Assembly: GCA_964565565.1 (NCBI GenBank)
Contig: CAZMFM010000011.1
Coordinates: 1,152-65,151, forward strand
Reading direction: 5' to 3'
Length of the DNA stretch: 64,000 nucleotides
Source of the DNA: an uncultured Spirochaetaceae bacterium
GTDB taxonomy: Bacteria; Myxococcota_A; UBA9160; UBA4427
The translations under genes and the position numbers were made by a program. The notes below the pieces were generated by a model, which saw only the letters and a list, made by a program, of their open reading frames with translations, was not told where the DNA came from and did no database searches. The first letter of the stretch is position 1. The number at the start of each line of letters is the position of its first letter. Positions 1-9,337 of the stretch are shown here, piece by piece.

Positions 1-2
1 AC

Positions 3-200
3 TCATGGTTTACAGATTGTTCTGGGGACATGGTTAACGCATTCCCCGGCACGAATTGATTCGATCGCTCTCACGCATTGCGCGACCTCCGTGCTCCTCA
101 CCTGAAGTGTCTCTGTAGCCGGCCCCGTCTTGGGCCCGTCCCCCAGTGTGGGAGCGGCCCATACGAGCAGGAATATGGCCATCAGGAATCTGCGCGTCAC
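3..200 (-). CDS. small hypothetical secreted protein (65 aa; alternative ATG at 182)
   Basis: Complete small ORF 9 nt downstream of the preceding minus-strand gene. Signal-like hydrophobic N-terminus MAIFLLVWAAPTLG and three Cys. No recognisable family. Confidence 0.3.
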   Translation of the reverse strand: MTRRFLMAIFLLVWAAPTLGDGPKTGPATETLQVRSTEVAQCVRAIESIRAGECVNHVPRTICKP

Positions 201-209
201 ACACTCCCT

Positions 210-942
210 CTACTCCGGAAACTCCAGAACCGTAAAAGTAAGCAGCCCATCTCCGGCGATCTCGTCGATGCGAATTCGCGCGCCGCGAACCACGAACTCA
301 TTGCTATTTTTCATGTCGTGTCTGTACTCAATCTGGCCGAGTCGTTCGCTGAGCGTTCCCCGAGCGAACTCTTCAATTGACATCCGAACGACCCTGCTAT
401 CGGAGCCGTCTACGCCGATGTACGTGAGCCGCCATGAGGGTCTTGCGAAGTAGTATCCCCAGAAGCGAATCGCGTCTGTATCGAACGCATCAACCAACCC
501 CCAGGACCTGTAGCTCTTGGGTCCGAGGTACTGAACCACAGCGGAATCTGCGTCGATGTACCCGTCCTTGAGCACGACAGCGACCTGTCGATGATAGGAC
601 TCGTTCACCAAGATAGATCGAGCCGGACTCGGTGTTCTTGAATTGAGCCTTCCACAAGGATCCGGCTGGAATCGTCCTGTAGCCACCAATGGGAATCTCA
701 CGTTCCGCCTCATACATTTCTGTGCAAGGACACCCGTAATAGGTCGCCACCGGCTCGCCCATGCTGATCGTTCGGTCGCCGGCATCCGGCGGAACTTCGG
801 GTATGACGATTCGCTGCAACGGGTGGTGAGTACAGGCTCCCAGCGTGAGCGCGAGCCCGAATGCAATGAGCGATTTGCTCCAACGCCAATTCAATAACGA
901 TCCCACTATCGCGACCTCCCTGTCATCGCCGGCGAGCCCCAA
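210..942 (-). pseudogene. putative lipoprotein gene with an interrupted reading frame (frame switch near 600-620)
   Basis: ORF 490..942 has a lipobox (LALTLGAC) and protein-like sequence only down to about ...NTESGSIYL, then an Arg-rich out-of-frame-looking tail. ORF 210..866 is junk-like upstream but protein-like from ...ILVNESYHRQVAVVLKDGYID to its stop. The two halves join near 600-620. Confidence 0.45.
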
Positions 943-981
943 GCGAGACCAAGGGCCAGATGAAGCGCCGCGCCGTCAACC

Positions 982-3654
982 TCACCCCGGCCGAGCATCC
1001 AATTCGATCGAAACCCCAGGCTCCTGCGACGCCCCCGCCGTCCCAACCGAAACCGCTTCCGAAGGCGCCCCTCGCTCGAGCACCATCCGCCTCAACGCAT
1101 CCGCCCGCTCATCCGCCAACGCTCGCAACCGGCTCTCGGGAACTTCTTGTGCCTCGACATAACGTTCGAGCAATGCTTCATCCTCCGAGGACAAGTCCTT
1201 TTCCTTGCCCTTGGCCCGAGCCCGGAGCGCCGAAGCAACCCTTCGCCGCGCAAAGAACGTGGAATCCGCAACCTCCGGAAAATCATCTCCCGAAACCGCC
1301 TTCTCTTCGAGCATCTTTCTCGCGGTCGGTAGGCGATCGTCCTCGCTCCAACTCCCATGGAGTGCAAGGCCCAACATTGGCCGTTCCGCCACGAGTTCGA
1401 CGAGTGAATCGAGTTGAGCGTTTGCGTCGCTTCCTGGTGCGGTCTCCCCGGGCGGGAAGGGGATGGCGCCTAACGAGGATGCTGGGGCGCCATCGGGGAC
1501 AAGCATGCCGAACATCTTCATCGGCGATGCGATCGCGCCCTGGACGGCGCTCTGTATTGCGCTGAGCATGATGGCACCTACGTCGACACCCGTGCCGCCC
1601 TCGCCATCGACGGAGACCGGCACCGATAGTGAAATGTCACCCGAAGCGTCTCGTAAGAGCGCGAGGACGAGGTCGACCGAGACCCCGAACTGCGAAGCGA
1701 ACGCGGCGGCATCGTCGGGGGCGACATCCAGGTGGTGTAGGACGATCTCGTTCTTCGTCTTGTAGCCCTCGGCACTGGCGACGATCTTGGAGTCGAGGGA
1801 CGTCGCACCGGATTCGATTTCCCAGCCCGCGCCGCGAGCCAGCGAGGCGTAGGACAAGAGGTCGAGTTCTCGGAGTGCGAAGTCGAGTTCGCCAAGGCCC
1901 CCCGGTAACGTGCCCTCGAGGCTGAAGGAGCCAGCCGATTGAATCAGCCCCTTGATCGAGAGTGCGCCCATTCCGGCGCCGTCGGCCAGGTTCAGGTCGT
2001 CGATCGAGACTGTTAGTTTGTGGATCTTGGTTTCGTGACTGGGCTTCACGGTGCGATCCAGATAGCGCAGCGTGCCGTTGGTCAGCTCGATCTTCCGGAC
2101 GGAAATGTCGGGTGTGCTGACAGGCTCCCGCGGATCTTCGGCGCTCGTGTCTGTGGAGGCGGGCGCCGCCTCCGACTCGACTTCGCCACCCAGGGCCGCG
2201 AGGAGTACTTCGAGAGCGTCGGGTGGGTTCGTGTAGACGATGAGCGGGGACGAGAGTGCGATGCGTGAGAGTTCGACTCGGGTCGGTCGGTCCGTGGCGC
2301 TTTCGAGAGGGGCGAAGGCCTTGTCGATCTCGACGGTGAGCGCGTCCCATTCGAGGGCGAGTTCGCCGGTGGTTGGATGTTTGAAGCTGAGCTCGGAAAT
2401 GCCGGTCGAGCCCGATAGGGTCAATCCGGCTGGACCCTGGCCTTCCTGCGCGACGGAGGCGAACTCGATCTGGAGGTCGCCGGCGGCATTGCAGGAGGCC
2501 AACCAAGGGACGAGGTCGGGATAGGCGAGGAGTAGAAAGGGCGGGACCTTGAGCTCTTCCCAATGCACGCGCCCTACAAAGGACACGGGATTCAATCCGA
2601 CAAGGCCGTCGATACCCAGCTTGGCTTCGTCGATTTCGAAGCCCAGGTCGACGGGAAAGGTCTGACCAGGCGCTGTCCCGGCATCGGTGAGTTCGAATCG
2701 AAGGGCCACTTCGATCGGGCCCTTCAAGGTTTGAACGGTGAAGGCCGCGCGCTGAATCTTGAGATGCTTCATCCGGATGGAGGGCATTTCGGCGGCCGGC
2801 GTTTCGGCTTCGTCGATCGCAGGCGCAGCCGCCTCATTCGAAGCTGGGGACGTCACCCGCGCCAAGGCCCATTTCCGTTGTACGGAGAGTTCCGGATGTT
2901 CGAGGTCGAGTCCCCCGAGCCCGATCCCTTCGGCTCCCGAGGAGAGCGCATCGAATGCCAGCGCTTCCGCCGAGAATCGGAACAGGACTTCGCGCGTGGC
3001 CTCCTGGCGCAACGACAATGCGGGATCAAGAAGTTCAAAGCGATCGAGTAGGAAGGTCCATCCCTTGTCGCTTCCATCGGTCCCGTCGGCTCCCTCTTTC
3101 CCGTTGCTTCCCTCGATTGAAGCGGTCTCCTCGGCGTCCCCGGCTTCGGTTGTAGGCTCGGCTCCACGGCCGGCCTCGGACGCGTCTTCCGCTTCGCCGG
3201 GGAGAACGGGCAGCTTGAGGCTTCCGTCCTCGAGTTCGACGACCTCAACGACCGGGTGAAGGATCTCGAGGTCCGTCACGTGAAGTCGGCTGAATAACAG
3301 GCCCGTCCATTCGAAGGCAAGATGGACTCGCTCGACGGCGAGCAGGGGCGGGGTTGCCGCGTCCGGGTCGGGGTTGGCCGGCGCATCGATGTCTTCATCT
3401 GCGAGCGGAAGATCGACGACGAGGTCTTCGAGGGTGATTTCGCCGGCGATCAAGCCGAGGTCGACGTTGCCGATCGCGACGCGGAGATTCTGGTCGGCGG
3501 CGACCCGGGGAATCGCCCATTCGATCACGGAGGGCAGGGCAATTCGGATGAAAAGCAGGAGTGCGACGGTCGTGATCGCGATTGTTCGAAGCCGTGACCT
3601 GGGCTGGACGGCCGATTCGCTTGCCGAATCGGAAGGGTCTTCGTTGGCAGACAT
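982..3654 (-). CDS. large membrane-anchored envelope protein, AsmA/DUF748-like (family tentative)
   Basis: 890-aa ORF with an N-terminal TM helix (IAITTVALLLFIRIALPSVI) and a long repetitive beta-rich body. The family is recalled from memory only. Confidence 0.7.
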   Translation of the reverse strand: MSANEDPSDSASESAVQPRSRLRTIAITTVALLLFIRIALPSVIEWAIPRVAADQNLRVAIGNVDLGLIAGEITLEDLVVDLPLADEDIDAPANPDPDAATPPLLAVERVHLAFEWTGLLFSRLHVTDLEILHPVVEVVELEDGSLKLPVLPGEAEDASEAGRGAEPTTEAGDAEETASIEGSNGKEGADGTDGSDKGWTFLLDRFELLDPALSLRQEATREVLFRFSAEALAFDALSSGAEGIGLGGLDLEHPELSVQRKWALARVTSPASNEAAAPAIDEAETPAAEMPSIRMKHLKIQRAAFTVQTLKGPIEVALRFELTDAGTAPGQTFPVDLGFEIDEAKLGIDGLVGLNPVSFVGRVHWEELKVPPFLLLAYPDLVPWLASCNAAGDLQIEFASVAQEGQGPAGLTLSGSTGISELSFKHPTTGELALEWDALTVEIDKAFAPLESATDRPTRVELSRIALSSPLIVYTNPPDALEVLLAALGGEVESEAAPASTDTSAEDPREPVSTPDISVRKIELTNGTLRYLDRTVKPSHETKIHKLTVSIDDLNLADGAGMGALSIKGLIQSAGSFSLEGTLPGGLGELDFALRELDLLSYASLARGAGWEIESGATSLDSKIVASAEGYKTKNEIVLHHLDVAPDDAAAFASQFGVSVDLVLALLRDASGDISLSVPVSVDGEGGTGVDVGAIMLSAIQSAVQGAIASPMKMFGMLVPDGAPASSLGAIPFPPGETAPGSDANAQLDSLVELVAERPMLGLALHGSWSEDDRLPTARKMLEEKAVSGDDFPEVADSTFFARRRVASALRARAKGKEKDLSSEDEALLERYVEAQEVPESRLRALADERADALRRMVLERGAPSEAVSVGTAGASQEPGVSIELDARPG

Positions 3655-3663
3655 TGGGGGGCC

Positions 3664-4107
3664 TCAGGCTTCGCGGTGCATAGGCGTGCGTTTGCGGACG
3701 GGGTCGAGCAATCCGAGATCACCTTCTTCGAGGTCGTATCCGCGAGGGTAGGGGGGCTCGGGCGTCAGTCCGATTGCGGCGACGACGCGGGGATGCTGAT
3801 AGTAGGCAGTGTAGGTGTGGAAGATGAGCGTCTCGAGGAAGCCGGGGTGTTCAGCGGCAATTCCGGAAACGAGCGGCGCGCGTTCCCCGCTCGGCAGATC
3901 GGCAAAGCCCGAGACGGAACCGGCGCGGGCTTTCTCGTCGAGCGCGGCAAGGCCGGCGGCGACGAGGGCGCTTGCTTCGCCGAGTTTTGCTTCGACGTCT
4001 GGGGCGAGACCGAGGCTTCCCGCGCCGGGGAGCGATTCGTCCCGTGCGGGGATCAGTTCGTCGAGCAGGGCGATGAAGGTCGTTTGGGGTAGTGGTTCGT
4101 CTGGCAT
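3664..4107 (-). CDS. gluconate 2-dehydrogenase subunit 3-like small subunit (partner of the GMC oxidoreductase)
   Basis: 147-aa ORF directly downstream of the GMC oxidoreductase. C-terminal motif ...FHTYTAYYQHPRV...GL...PPYPRGY is typical of this small-subunit family. Confidence 0.65.
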   Translation of the reverse strand: MPDEPLPQTTFIALLDELIPARDESLPGAGSLGLAPDVEAKLGEASALVAAGLAALDEKARAGSVSGFADLPSGERAPLVSGIAAEHPGFLETLIFHTYTAYYQHPRVVAAIGLTPEPPYPRGYDLEEGDLGLLDPVRKRTPMHREA

Positions 4108-4174
4108 GGGGGTTTCCGGGGTGTCTTGGAGGTTGGGGTGCTTTTGGATCTTTCTGGATGGGACGGGGACATTC

Positions 4175-5779
4175 TCAGTCGAGGATCGTCTCGAGGTTCT
4201 TCTTCATGTAGTCGGCGACGTAGAGGGCGATCGCTTGCAAGGTGTTAGTTGGATTGACGCCGCCCGAGGTGACGAAGACGCTGCCGTCGACGATGAAGAG
4301 GTTCCTGACGTCGTGGGTTCGGCCGTGGGCGTCGACGACGGATGTGGTCGGGTCCGTACCCATCCGCGCGGTGCCCATGAGATGCCAGCCGGCGGGGGCG
4401 AGTGGCGCTTCCGAGAGGATGTCCTTGCCGCCGGCGGCCTCGAGGAGTTCGGTTCCGCGGGCGACGGCATGGTCGAGCATCTTCAGGCTGTTTTCGCTGA
4501 GGCGGTAGTCGATCTTGGGGGCCGGAATGCCGTCGGCGTCGACGAGGTCTGGATCGAGGGTGACGCGATTCTCGGCGTCCGGGAGGTCTTCACAGATCAC
4601 GACCATGCCTGCGGTGCGATCCCAGATCTCGTCGTAGGCCGTGTGGTGGTCGGCTCCCCAGGGCAGCCTTCCCGAGGACATGCCCCAAAGTGCTGTCGCG
4701 ATCGGACCCATGCCGCGCAACATCTCGAAGGAATAGCCGCGCTTGAAGCCGCGCGATTCGTCCGTTTCGTAGAACTCTTGCGAGATGATCGAGCATCCGG
4801 TCGGACCCTTGTAGCCGCCGAGCTTTTCGTCGAAGACGCCGCGGACCATGGCGTAGGGATGGAACATGAGGTTGCGGCCGACCAGGCCGCTCGAGTTGGC
4901 CAGGCCGTCCGGGAAGCGCTCGGATTTAGAGTTGAGCAGCAGCCGCGGCGTGCCAATGCCGTTGCAAGCGATGATCACGATCTCGGCGGGTTGGTGTCGT
5001 TCCGTTCCGTCTTCGTCGATGTAGATCGCGCCGCTTGCCAGGCCGGCGTCATCGACCGTTATTTCGCGGACACGGCAATGGGTTCGCAACTCGACGCCTT
5101 CGCGGATGGCGACCGGCCAGTAGGTTACGTCGGTGCTGCCCTTGGCACCCTGGGCACAGCCCAGGATGCATGGGCCGAGGTTGATGCAGGCCGCACGGCC
5201 TTCGTAGTCCCTGGTTGCGATCGCGCTGTCGGAGGGCCACCAATGCCAACCGAGGCGATTGAATCCCTCGGCCATCTTCTCGCCGATCTTGCCCAAGGGA
5301 ACGGGCGGAAGGGGGAGGTCCTTGGCCGGATAGGCGGGGTCTCCGGCCAGACCGGCGACACCCATCATGCGGGCGTTCAGGTCGTACCAGGGTTCGAGAG
5401 TGGCGTAGTCGATTGGCCAATCCTCGGCGACGCCGTCGAGGCTTTTTACGCGAAAGTCGGAGGGATGCATACGTGGGAAGTGCGCGGCATAGAGAATCGT
5501 GCTGCCGCCGACGGCGTTGAAATTCGAGACCTTGATCGGGGAGGCATCGTCATTGATCGGGTAGTCGTCGCGCCGGCCGCGGCCGTTCGGGCTGAGTCCG
5601 AAGCCGCCGAATTGCTCCATCTCGCCGCCCATGCGCGTCGTCGGATAGTCGGCGGGATTCATCCAGCCGCCCTGTTCGAGACAAACGATGCGCATTCGCG
5701 TTTCCGCGAGGCTCCAGGCGATCGCCGCGCCCGCGGCCCCGGCCCCGATGATCAGGACATCGACGGGTTCTTCCGACAT
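4175..5779 (-). CDS. GMC family FAD-dependent oxidoreductase
   Basis: N-terminal Rossmann motif VDVLIIGAGAAGAAIA and GMC-like C-terminus. Start set at the ATG of MSEEP (5779), preceded by GGAG 5-8 nt upstream. The track ORF extends to 5824. Confidence 0.88.
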   Translation of the reverse strand: MSEEPVDVLIIGAGAAGAAIAWSLAETRMRIVCLEQGGWMNPADYPTTRMGGEMEQFGGFGLSPNGRGRRDDYPINDDASPIKVSNFNAVGGSTILYAAHFPRMHPSDFRVKSLDGVAEDWPIDYATLEPWYDLNARMMGVAGLAGDPAYPAKDLPLPPVPLGKIGEKMAEGFNRLGWHWWPSDSAIATRDYEGRAACINLGPCILGCAQGAKGSTDVTYWPVAIREGVELRTHCRVREITVDDAGLASGAIYIDEDGTERHQPAEIVIIACNGIGTPRLLLNSKSERFPDGLANSSGLVGRNLMFHPYAMVRGVFDEKLGGYKGPTGCSIISQEFYETDESRGFKRGYSFEMLRGMGPIATALWGMSSGRLPWGADHHTAYDEIWDRTAGMVVICEDLPDAENRVTLDPDLVDADGIPAPKIDYRLSENSLKMLDHAVARGTELLEAAGGKDILSEAPLAPAGWHLMGTARMGTDPTTSVVDAHGRTHDVRNLFIVDGSVFVTSGGVNPTNTLQAIALYVADYMKKNLETILD

Positions 5780-5854
5780 TTGAGAGCTCCTGCCACCGGT
5801 CGTTGGGTGGCTCGTTGAAACCATGAAGTTGACGGCTTCATGGCGTCCGTAGGT

Positions 5855-6853
5855 TTAGCTCGATCCACGATCGGCGCCGCCCGGTTTGGCGAGAGCCTCG
5901 AGGAGGACCCCCTCGCGCAGCCCCCAATCGCAAACGGTGAGTTCGTCGAGGCCGAGCGCGATCATGAGCGTGTCGACGATCAGGGCGCCCGCCGGTAGCA
6001 GGTCTGCCCGCCGCGACTGGACGGTCGGCATGGCGAGCCGCTGCTCATTTGAAGCCCGCATGAGTCGCGCAAGGACCTTCTCGAGTTCCTTTCGCGCGAG
6101 GATCATTCCGTTCAGCTCGGATCGATCGGTTGGGCTACGCCAGGCAAGGGCCAGTCGAGCCAGGGCGCGTATCGTACCGCCTGTGGCGACGAATCGCGCG
6201 CGTGACGATTCGCTCAACTCCGGTCGGCGCGGTTCGAGTCGCTCGCGGACGTGGTCCTGGATGGCCAGCACCTCGGCGGCGGATGGTGGATCGGAGTGCA
6301 CCCATTCTGCGTGGAGTCGGGTGACCCCGATTGGCAGGGATGTCATCCATTGCGGGTGGCGGTCGATTCCCGCGGCCAATTCGAGGCTGCCCCCGCCAAG
6401 GTCCGCGGCCAGGATCTGCGTTCCCGCGAGTTCGAGCCGGCGTTGAATCGCGGTGTAGGAGAGTCTGGCCTCTTCCTCTCCCGAGAGAATCCGCACCGGC
6501 TGCCCGAGCACATCCGAAATGCTCGATGTGAGTTCCCGTGCATTGCTCGCGTCTCGCAGGATGGCCGTGCCGACGGGGAAGAGCGTGTCGCAGCCGGCGC
6601 GGTCCGCCTTGGCTCGCAGTCGGCGAACGGCCTCGATGGCGCGGAGGCAATCCTCTTCGGGAATCGCTCCAGCGTCATTCGTGTGTGCACCAAGCCGAAG
6701 CGTGCTCCGCTTACGCAACACCCGAACGAGATCGCCGTCAGCCGCGACGTCCACCACTACAAGGCTGAACGAAGTGCTTCCGAGGTCGAGGACGGCGAGT
6801 CGTTTGGGCATCTGGAGGGTGGATAGCAGGTCGCTGGGCGAAACGGTCTCCAT
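5855..6853 (-). CDS. ppx: Ppx/GppA family exopolyphosphatase (short form)
   Basis: LAVLDLGSTSFSLVVVD..., ...ILSGEEEARLSY..., ...DLGGGSLEL... are ASKHA-fold Ppx/GppA signatures. An alternative start at MPKR (6811) is possible. Confidence 0.85.
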   Translation of the reverse strand: METVSPSDLLSTLQMPKRLAVLDLGSTSFSLVVVDVAADGDLVRVLRKRSTLRLGAHTNDAGAIPEEDCLRAIEAVRRLRAKADRAGCDTLFPVGTAILRDASNARELTSSISDVLGQPVRILSGEEEARLSYTAIQRRLELAGTQILAADLGGGSLELAAGIDRHPQWMTSLPIGVTRLHAEWVHSDPPSAAEVLAIQDHVRERLEPRRPELSESSRARFVATGGTIRALARLALAWRSPTDRSELNGMILARKELEKVLARLMRASNEQRLAMPTVQSRRADLLPAGALIVDTLMIALGLDELTVCDWGLREGVLLEALAKPGGADRGSS

Positions 6854-6936
6854 CTTGTCGACCTAACGAATCGGCGCGGATGCCGAGGACGATAAGCGAC
6901 GATGAGCGACAATCAGAAACAACGACTCCGAAGGCG

Positions 6937-7443
6937 TTAGGCGGCCTTCTTGCTGCCCTTGCCACCTTTCCGGCCCTTCTTTTCCTTGCTCGAACTCGCG
7001 TTTTTCGCCTTCTGGACTTTCAGCCGGACCTTTCGTTTGTTTTTGGCCTTCTTCTCTGCCTTCTTGGCTTTCTTCTCTGCGTATTCCTTGGTGGCCCTCT
7101 TCCTGGCCTTCTGTGCAGCCTTCTCCGCGTCGGCCTTGGCGTTGGCTGCTTTCTTGGCGGATCGACGTGCGCGGCGAGCGGCGTCCTGGGCGACTTCTTC
7201 CGCAGCCTTTTCCGCCTTCTTCATGACCTTTTCAGCGCGGCGAATCATCTTGCCCGCCTTGCGGACACCCTTCTCGATGATCTGATCAACGGCCTTGGCG
7301 ACCGAGGAGATGATTTCGTTGGCTTCCGATCCATTTTCAGATCGTCGCTTCGAGGATGATCCGCCCTTTTTCTTTCCCTTCTTGTCCGCTCGCTTTGTCT
7401 TCTTCGACTTCTTCGACTTCTTCGACTTCTTTGATTTCGCCAT
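6937..7443 (-). CDS. lysine/alanine-rich histone H1-like (AlgP/PhaF-tail-like) basic protein
   Basis: 168-aa ORF with N-terminal (KSK)n, a central helical segment EANEIISSVAKAVDQIIEKGVRKAGKMIRRAEKVMKKAEKAAEEVAQDAA, and a K/A/E-rich C-terminal tail. It lies between ppk2 and ppx on the same strand. Confidence 0.7.
   Translation of the reverse strand: MAKSKKSKKSKKSKKTKRADKKGKKKGGSSSKRRSENGSEANEIISSVAKAVDQIIEKGVRKAGKMIRRAEKVMKKAEKAAEEVAQDAARRARRSAKKAANAKADAEKAAQKARKRATKEYAEKKAKKAEKKAKNKRKVRLKVQKAKNASSSKEKKGRKGGKGSKKAA
7399..7434. repeat. 9-nt tandem repeat (cttcttcga x4, last imperfect) encoding (SKK)n
   Basis: Read directly from the sequence. In-frame within the Lys-rich gene. Confidence 0.9.
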
Positions 7444-7529
7444 GGTTTGGCCCGTTCCTTTCGCTTTTCTAGATCTGGTTTGGTTGATCGATACGGATCG
7501 ATCGAGCTGAATCGCTGTTCGCCGCCATG

Positions 7530-8477
7530 TCAGACGGCGGTACTCAATGTGTGCTCTTCGGGTTCGTACATGCGACTAGCAGGGCCGACGATCAGGGGGT
7601 CTGGTGGGCACACCAGTTCCGTGTCTTTGTCGGGATAGTCGAGATTCCAGAGCAGGTGCCGCATGCAATTGATTCGAGCGCGCTTCTTGTCGTTCGACTT
7701 CACAACCGTCCAGGCGGCATCCGCCGTATCCGTATAGAAGAACATGGCCTCCTTGGCCTCGGTGTACTCGTCCCATTTATCGAGGGACTCGAGGTCGATG
7801 GGTGAGAGCTTCCATTGCTTCAGGAGATCTTTTTCGCGGGAGCGGAAGCGCTTCAGTTGTTCTTCCCGGCTCACGGAGAACCAGTATTTGAAGAGATGGA
7901 TCCCGTCATTGACGAGCATTCTTTCCAGCTGAGGGGCCTGGCGCATGAACTCGAGGTATTGCGCTGAGTTGCAAAAGCCCATGACGCGATCGACGCCCGC
8001 GCGGTTGTACCAGGAGCGGTCGAAGAGTGCGATTTCGCCCTTCGTGGGGAGGCATTCGATATAGCGTTGAAAGAACCATTGCCCGCGTTCCCGGTCAGTG
8101 GGTTTTTCAAGCGCCCAGACATGTGCGCCGCGTGGGTTGAGGTGTTCCATGAAGCGCTTGATCGCACCGCCCTTGCCTGCGGCGTCGCGGCCTTCGAAGA
8201 GAACGAGGACGCGCTGTCCCGACTCCTTGACCCAGTTCTGCATCTTGAGGAGTTCGATCTGAAGCAGATGTTTGGCGGTTTCGTATTCCTCGAGCTTCAT
8301 CTTTTTCTTGTAGGGGTAGGAGCTGTCCTCGAAGCCCGGTCCGGTCTCTCCGAGCGCGGGAACGGCAGAGATGGGTGGGCCTAGCGTTCGGAACTCATTG
8401 GCGACAGAGTCCGCATCGCGAGCACTCTTCTTTACCTTGTCCCGGTTCTTTCTTTTCTTGCTCTTGCTCGTTGCCAT
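7530..8477 (-). CDS. ppk2: polyphosphate kinase 2 (single-domain PPK2)
   Basis: Walker A-like FEGRDAAGKGG, ...RSWYNRAGVDRVMGF... and the overall PPK2 pattern. 315 aa. Confidence 0.9.
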   Translation of the reverse strand: MATSKSKKRKNRDKVKKSARDADSVANEFRTLGPPISAVPALGETGPGFEDSSYPYKKKMKLEEYETAKHLLQIELLKMQNWVKESGQRVLVLFEGRDAAGKGGAIKRFMEHLNPRGAHVWALEKPTDRERGQWFFQRYIECLPTKGEIALFDRSWYNRAGVDRVMGFCNSAQYLEFMRQAPQLERMLVNDGIHLFKYWFSVSREEQLKRFRSREKDLLKQWKLSPIDLESLDKWDEYTEAKEAMFFYTDTADAAWTVVKSNDKKRARINCMRHLLWNLDYPDKDTELVCPPDPLIVGPASRMYEPEEHTLSTAV

Positions 8478-8688
8478 TATTCTGTTCGACTCCTCATGTC
8501 AGGTGGGGATCAAGGAAACGCACACCGCAGCTGATTGACGAATTTTCGGACGAAGCGAGTGGTGAGTGGGTCGACGCTGCAGAGAACTGGGGAAACAAGG
8601 CCTCGAGTGAACTCGATGCATCGATTTCCAACACTGCACGACGACGTCCGTTCGTGATCTCCAAGAACTCCGTGCCTACCTGAAATAA

Positions 8689-8705
8689 TTGCAAGGCGCG
8701 TGCCG
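8689..8705 (-). promoter_or_regulatory. candidate sigma54 (-24/-12) promoter facing ppk2
   Basis: Minus strand reads CGGCACG-CGCC-TTGCA, against the consensus TGGCACG-N4-TTGCA. There is one mismatch and the GG-to-GC spacing is correct. It lies about 210 nt upstream of the ppk2 start. Confidence 0.35.
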
Positions 8706-8823
8706 CGAAGAGGGCCACGAGATTGCGACCCGAGTTGGGCAAGCTGTGCCCTTCGGTCACAATCGAGGCGGTAGTCCTCACTTCGGGTCGTTTCTGGACT
8801 AGGTCACGGGGCCAGACCCGATC

Positions 8824-9337
8824 TCAACCGCTTTCGCCGGAGAGATGTTGGGCGAGAGAATCTTGGGTGTTGAGGATCTCTTCTTGCGGGACCGCCGAGT
8901 GCAGGCCCGGATTGACGTGCAGGCATCGGTTGGCCGAACCATTCTTCGCGAGGAGTTCGCTCGCACGATCGCGGGGAACCAATTCGTCGTCCGTCCAATC
9001 CTCGACCAATGGTTTGGTGATGCGCCCTTCCGTGAAACGCTTCCGTCGATCTGCGGAGAATTCGTTCTTGGCTTCTTCGGGCGCTCGGTCTTCGTGGGCC
9101 GGGCCATCGATCGTGTCCGCCGCGATGACGTTATGTCTAACAAGGCGGCGGGCGAGGGCGACCAGATGGTCTTCACATTTGTGTCCGTTACCACGATGGC
9201 CAATCAAGACCGGCGGCGTTGGGACTGTTGCGTCTTCAGGAGCCCAGAGCACGCCGGGGATGCTCCGGTCGTTGCATTCGATTCGAAAGTTGCGCTGGGG
9301 TCACGCCCCTGCCGGTTTCGCTCTCGCCCCAGTCCAT
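8824..9337 (-). pseudogene. degenerate alpha/beta (dienelactone-type) hydrolase remnant, apparently frameshifted
   Basis: A strong AAGGAG RBS plus an ATG at 9337 opens a frame that stops after 33 codons. The hydrolase-like frame (RNFRIECNDRSIPGVLWAPEDATVPTPPVLIGHRGNGHK...DGPAHEDR...WTDDELVPR...LHVNPGLH) opens one nucleotide out of frame after a TGA. No nucleophile elbow GxSxG is present. Confidence 0.4.

Noticed and set aside
3815-5818. 667-aa plus-strand ORF
   Set aside because: It is antisense to the clearly recognisable GMC oxidoreductase. It has Arg/Gly/Ala-rich composition typical of shadow ORFs in high-GC DNA, and no motifs.
8494-8781. 95-aa GTG ORF between ppk2 and the hydrolase remnant
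   Set aside because: It has no RBS and no recognisable motif. It would begin upstream of the candidate ppk2 promoter. It is possibly a further relic, so I did not call it.
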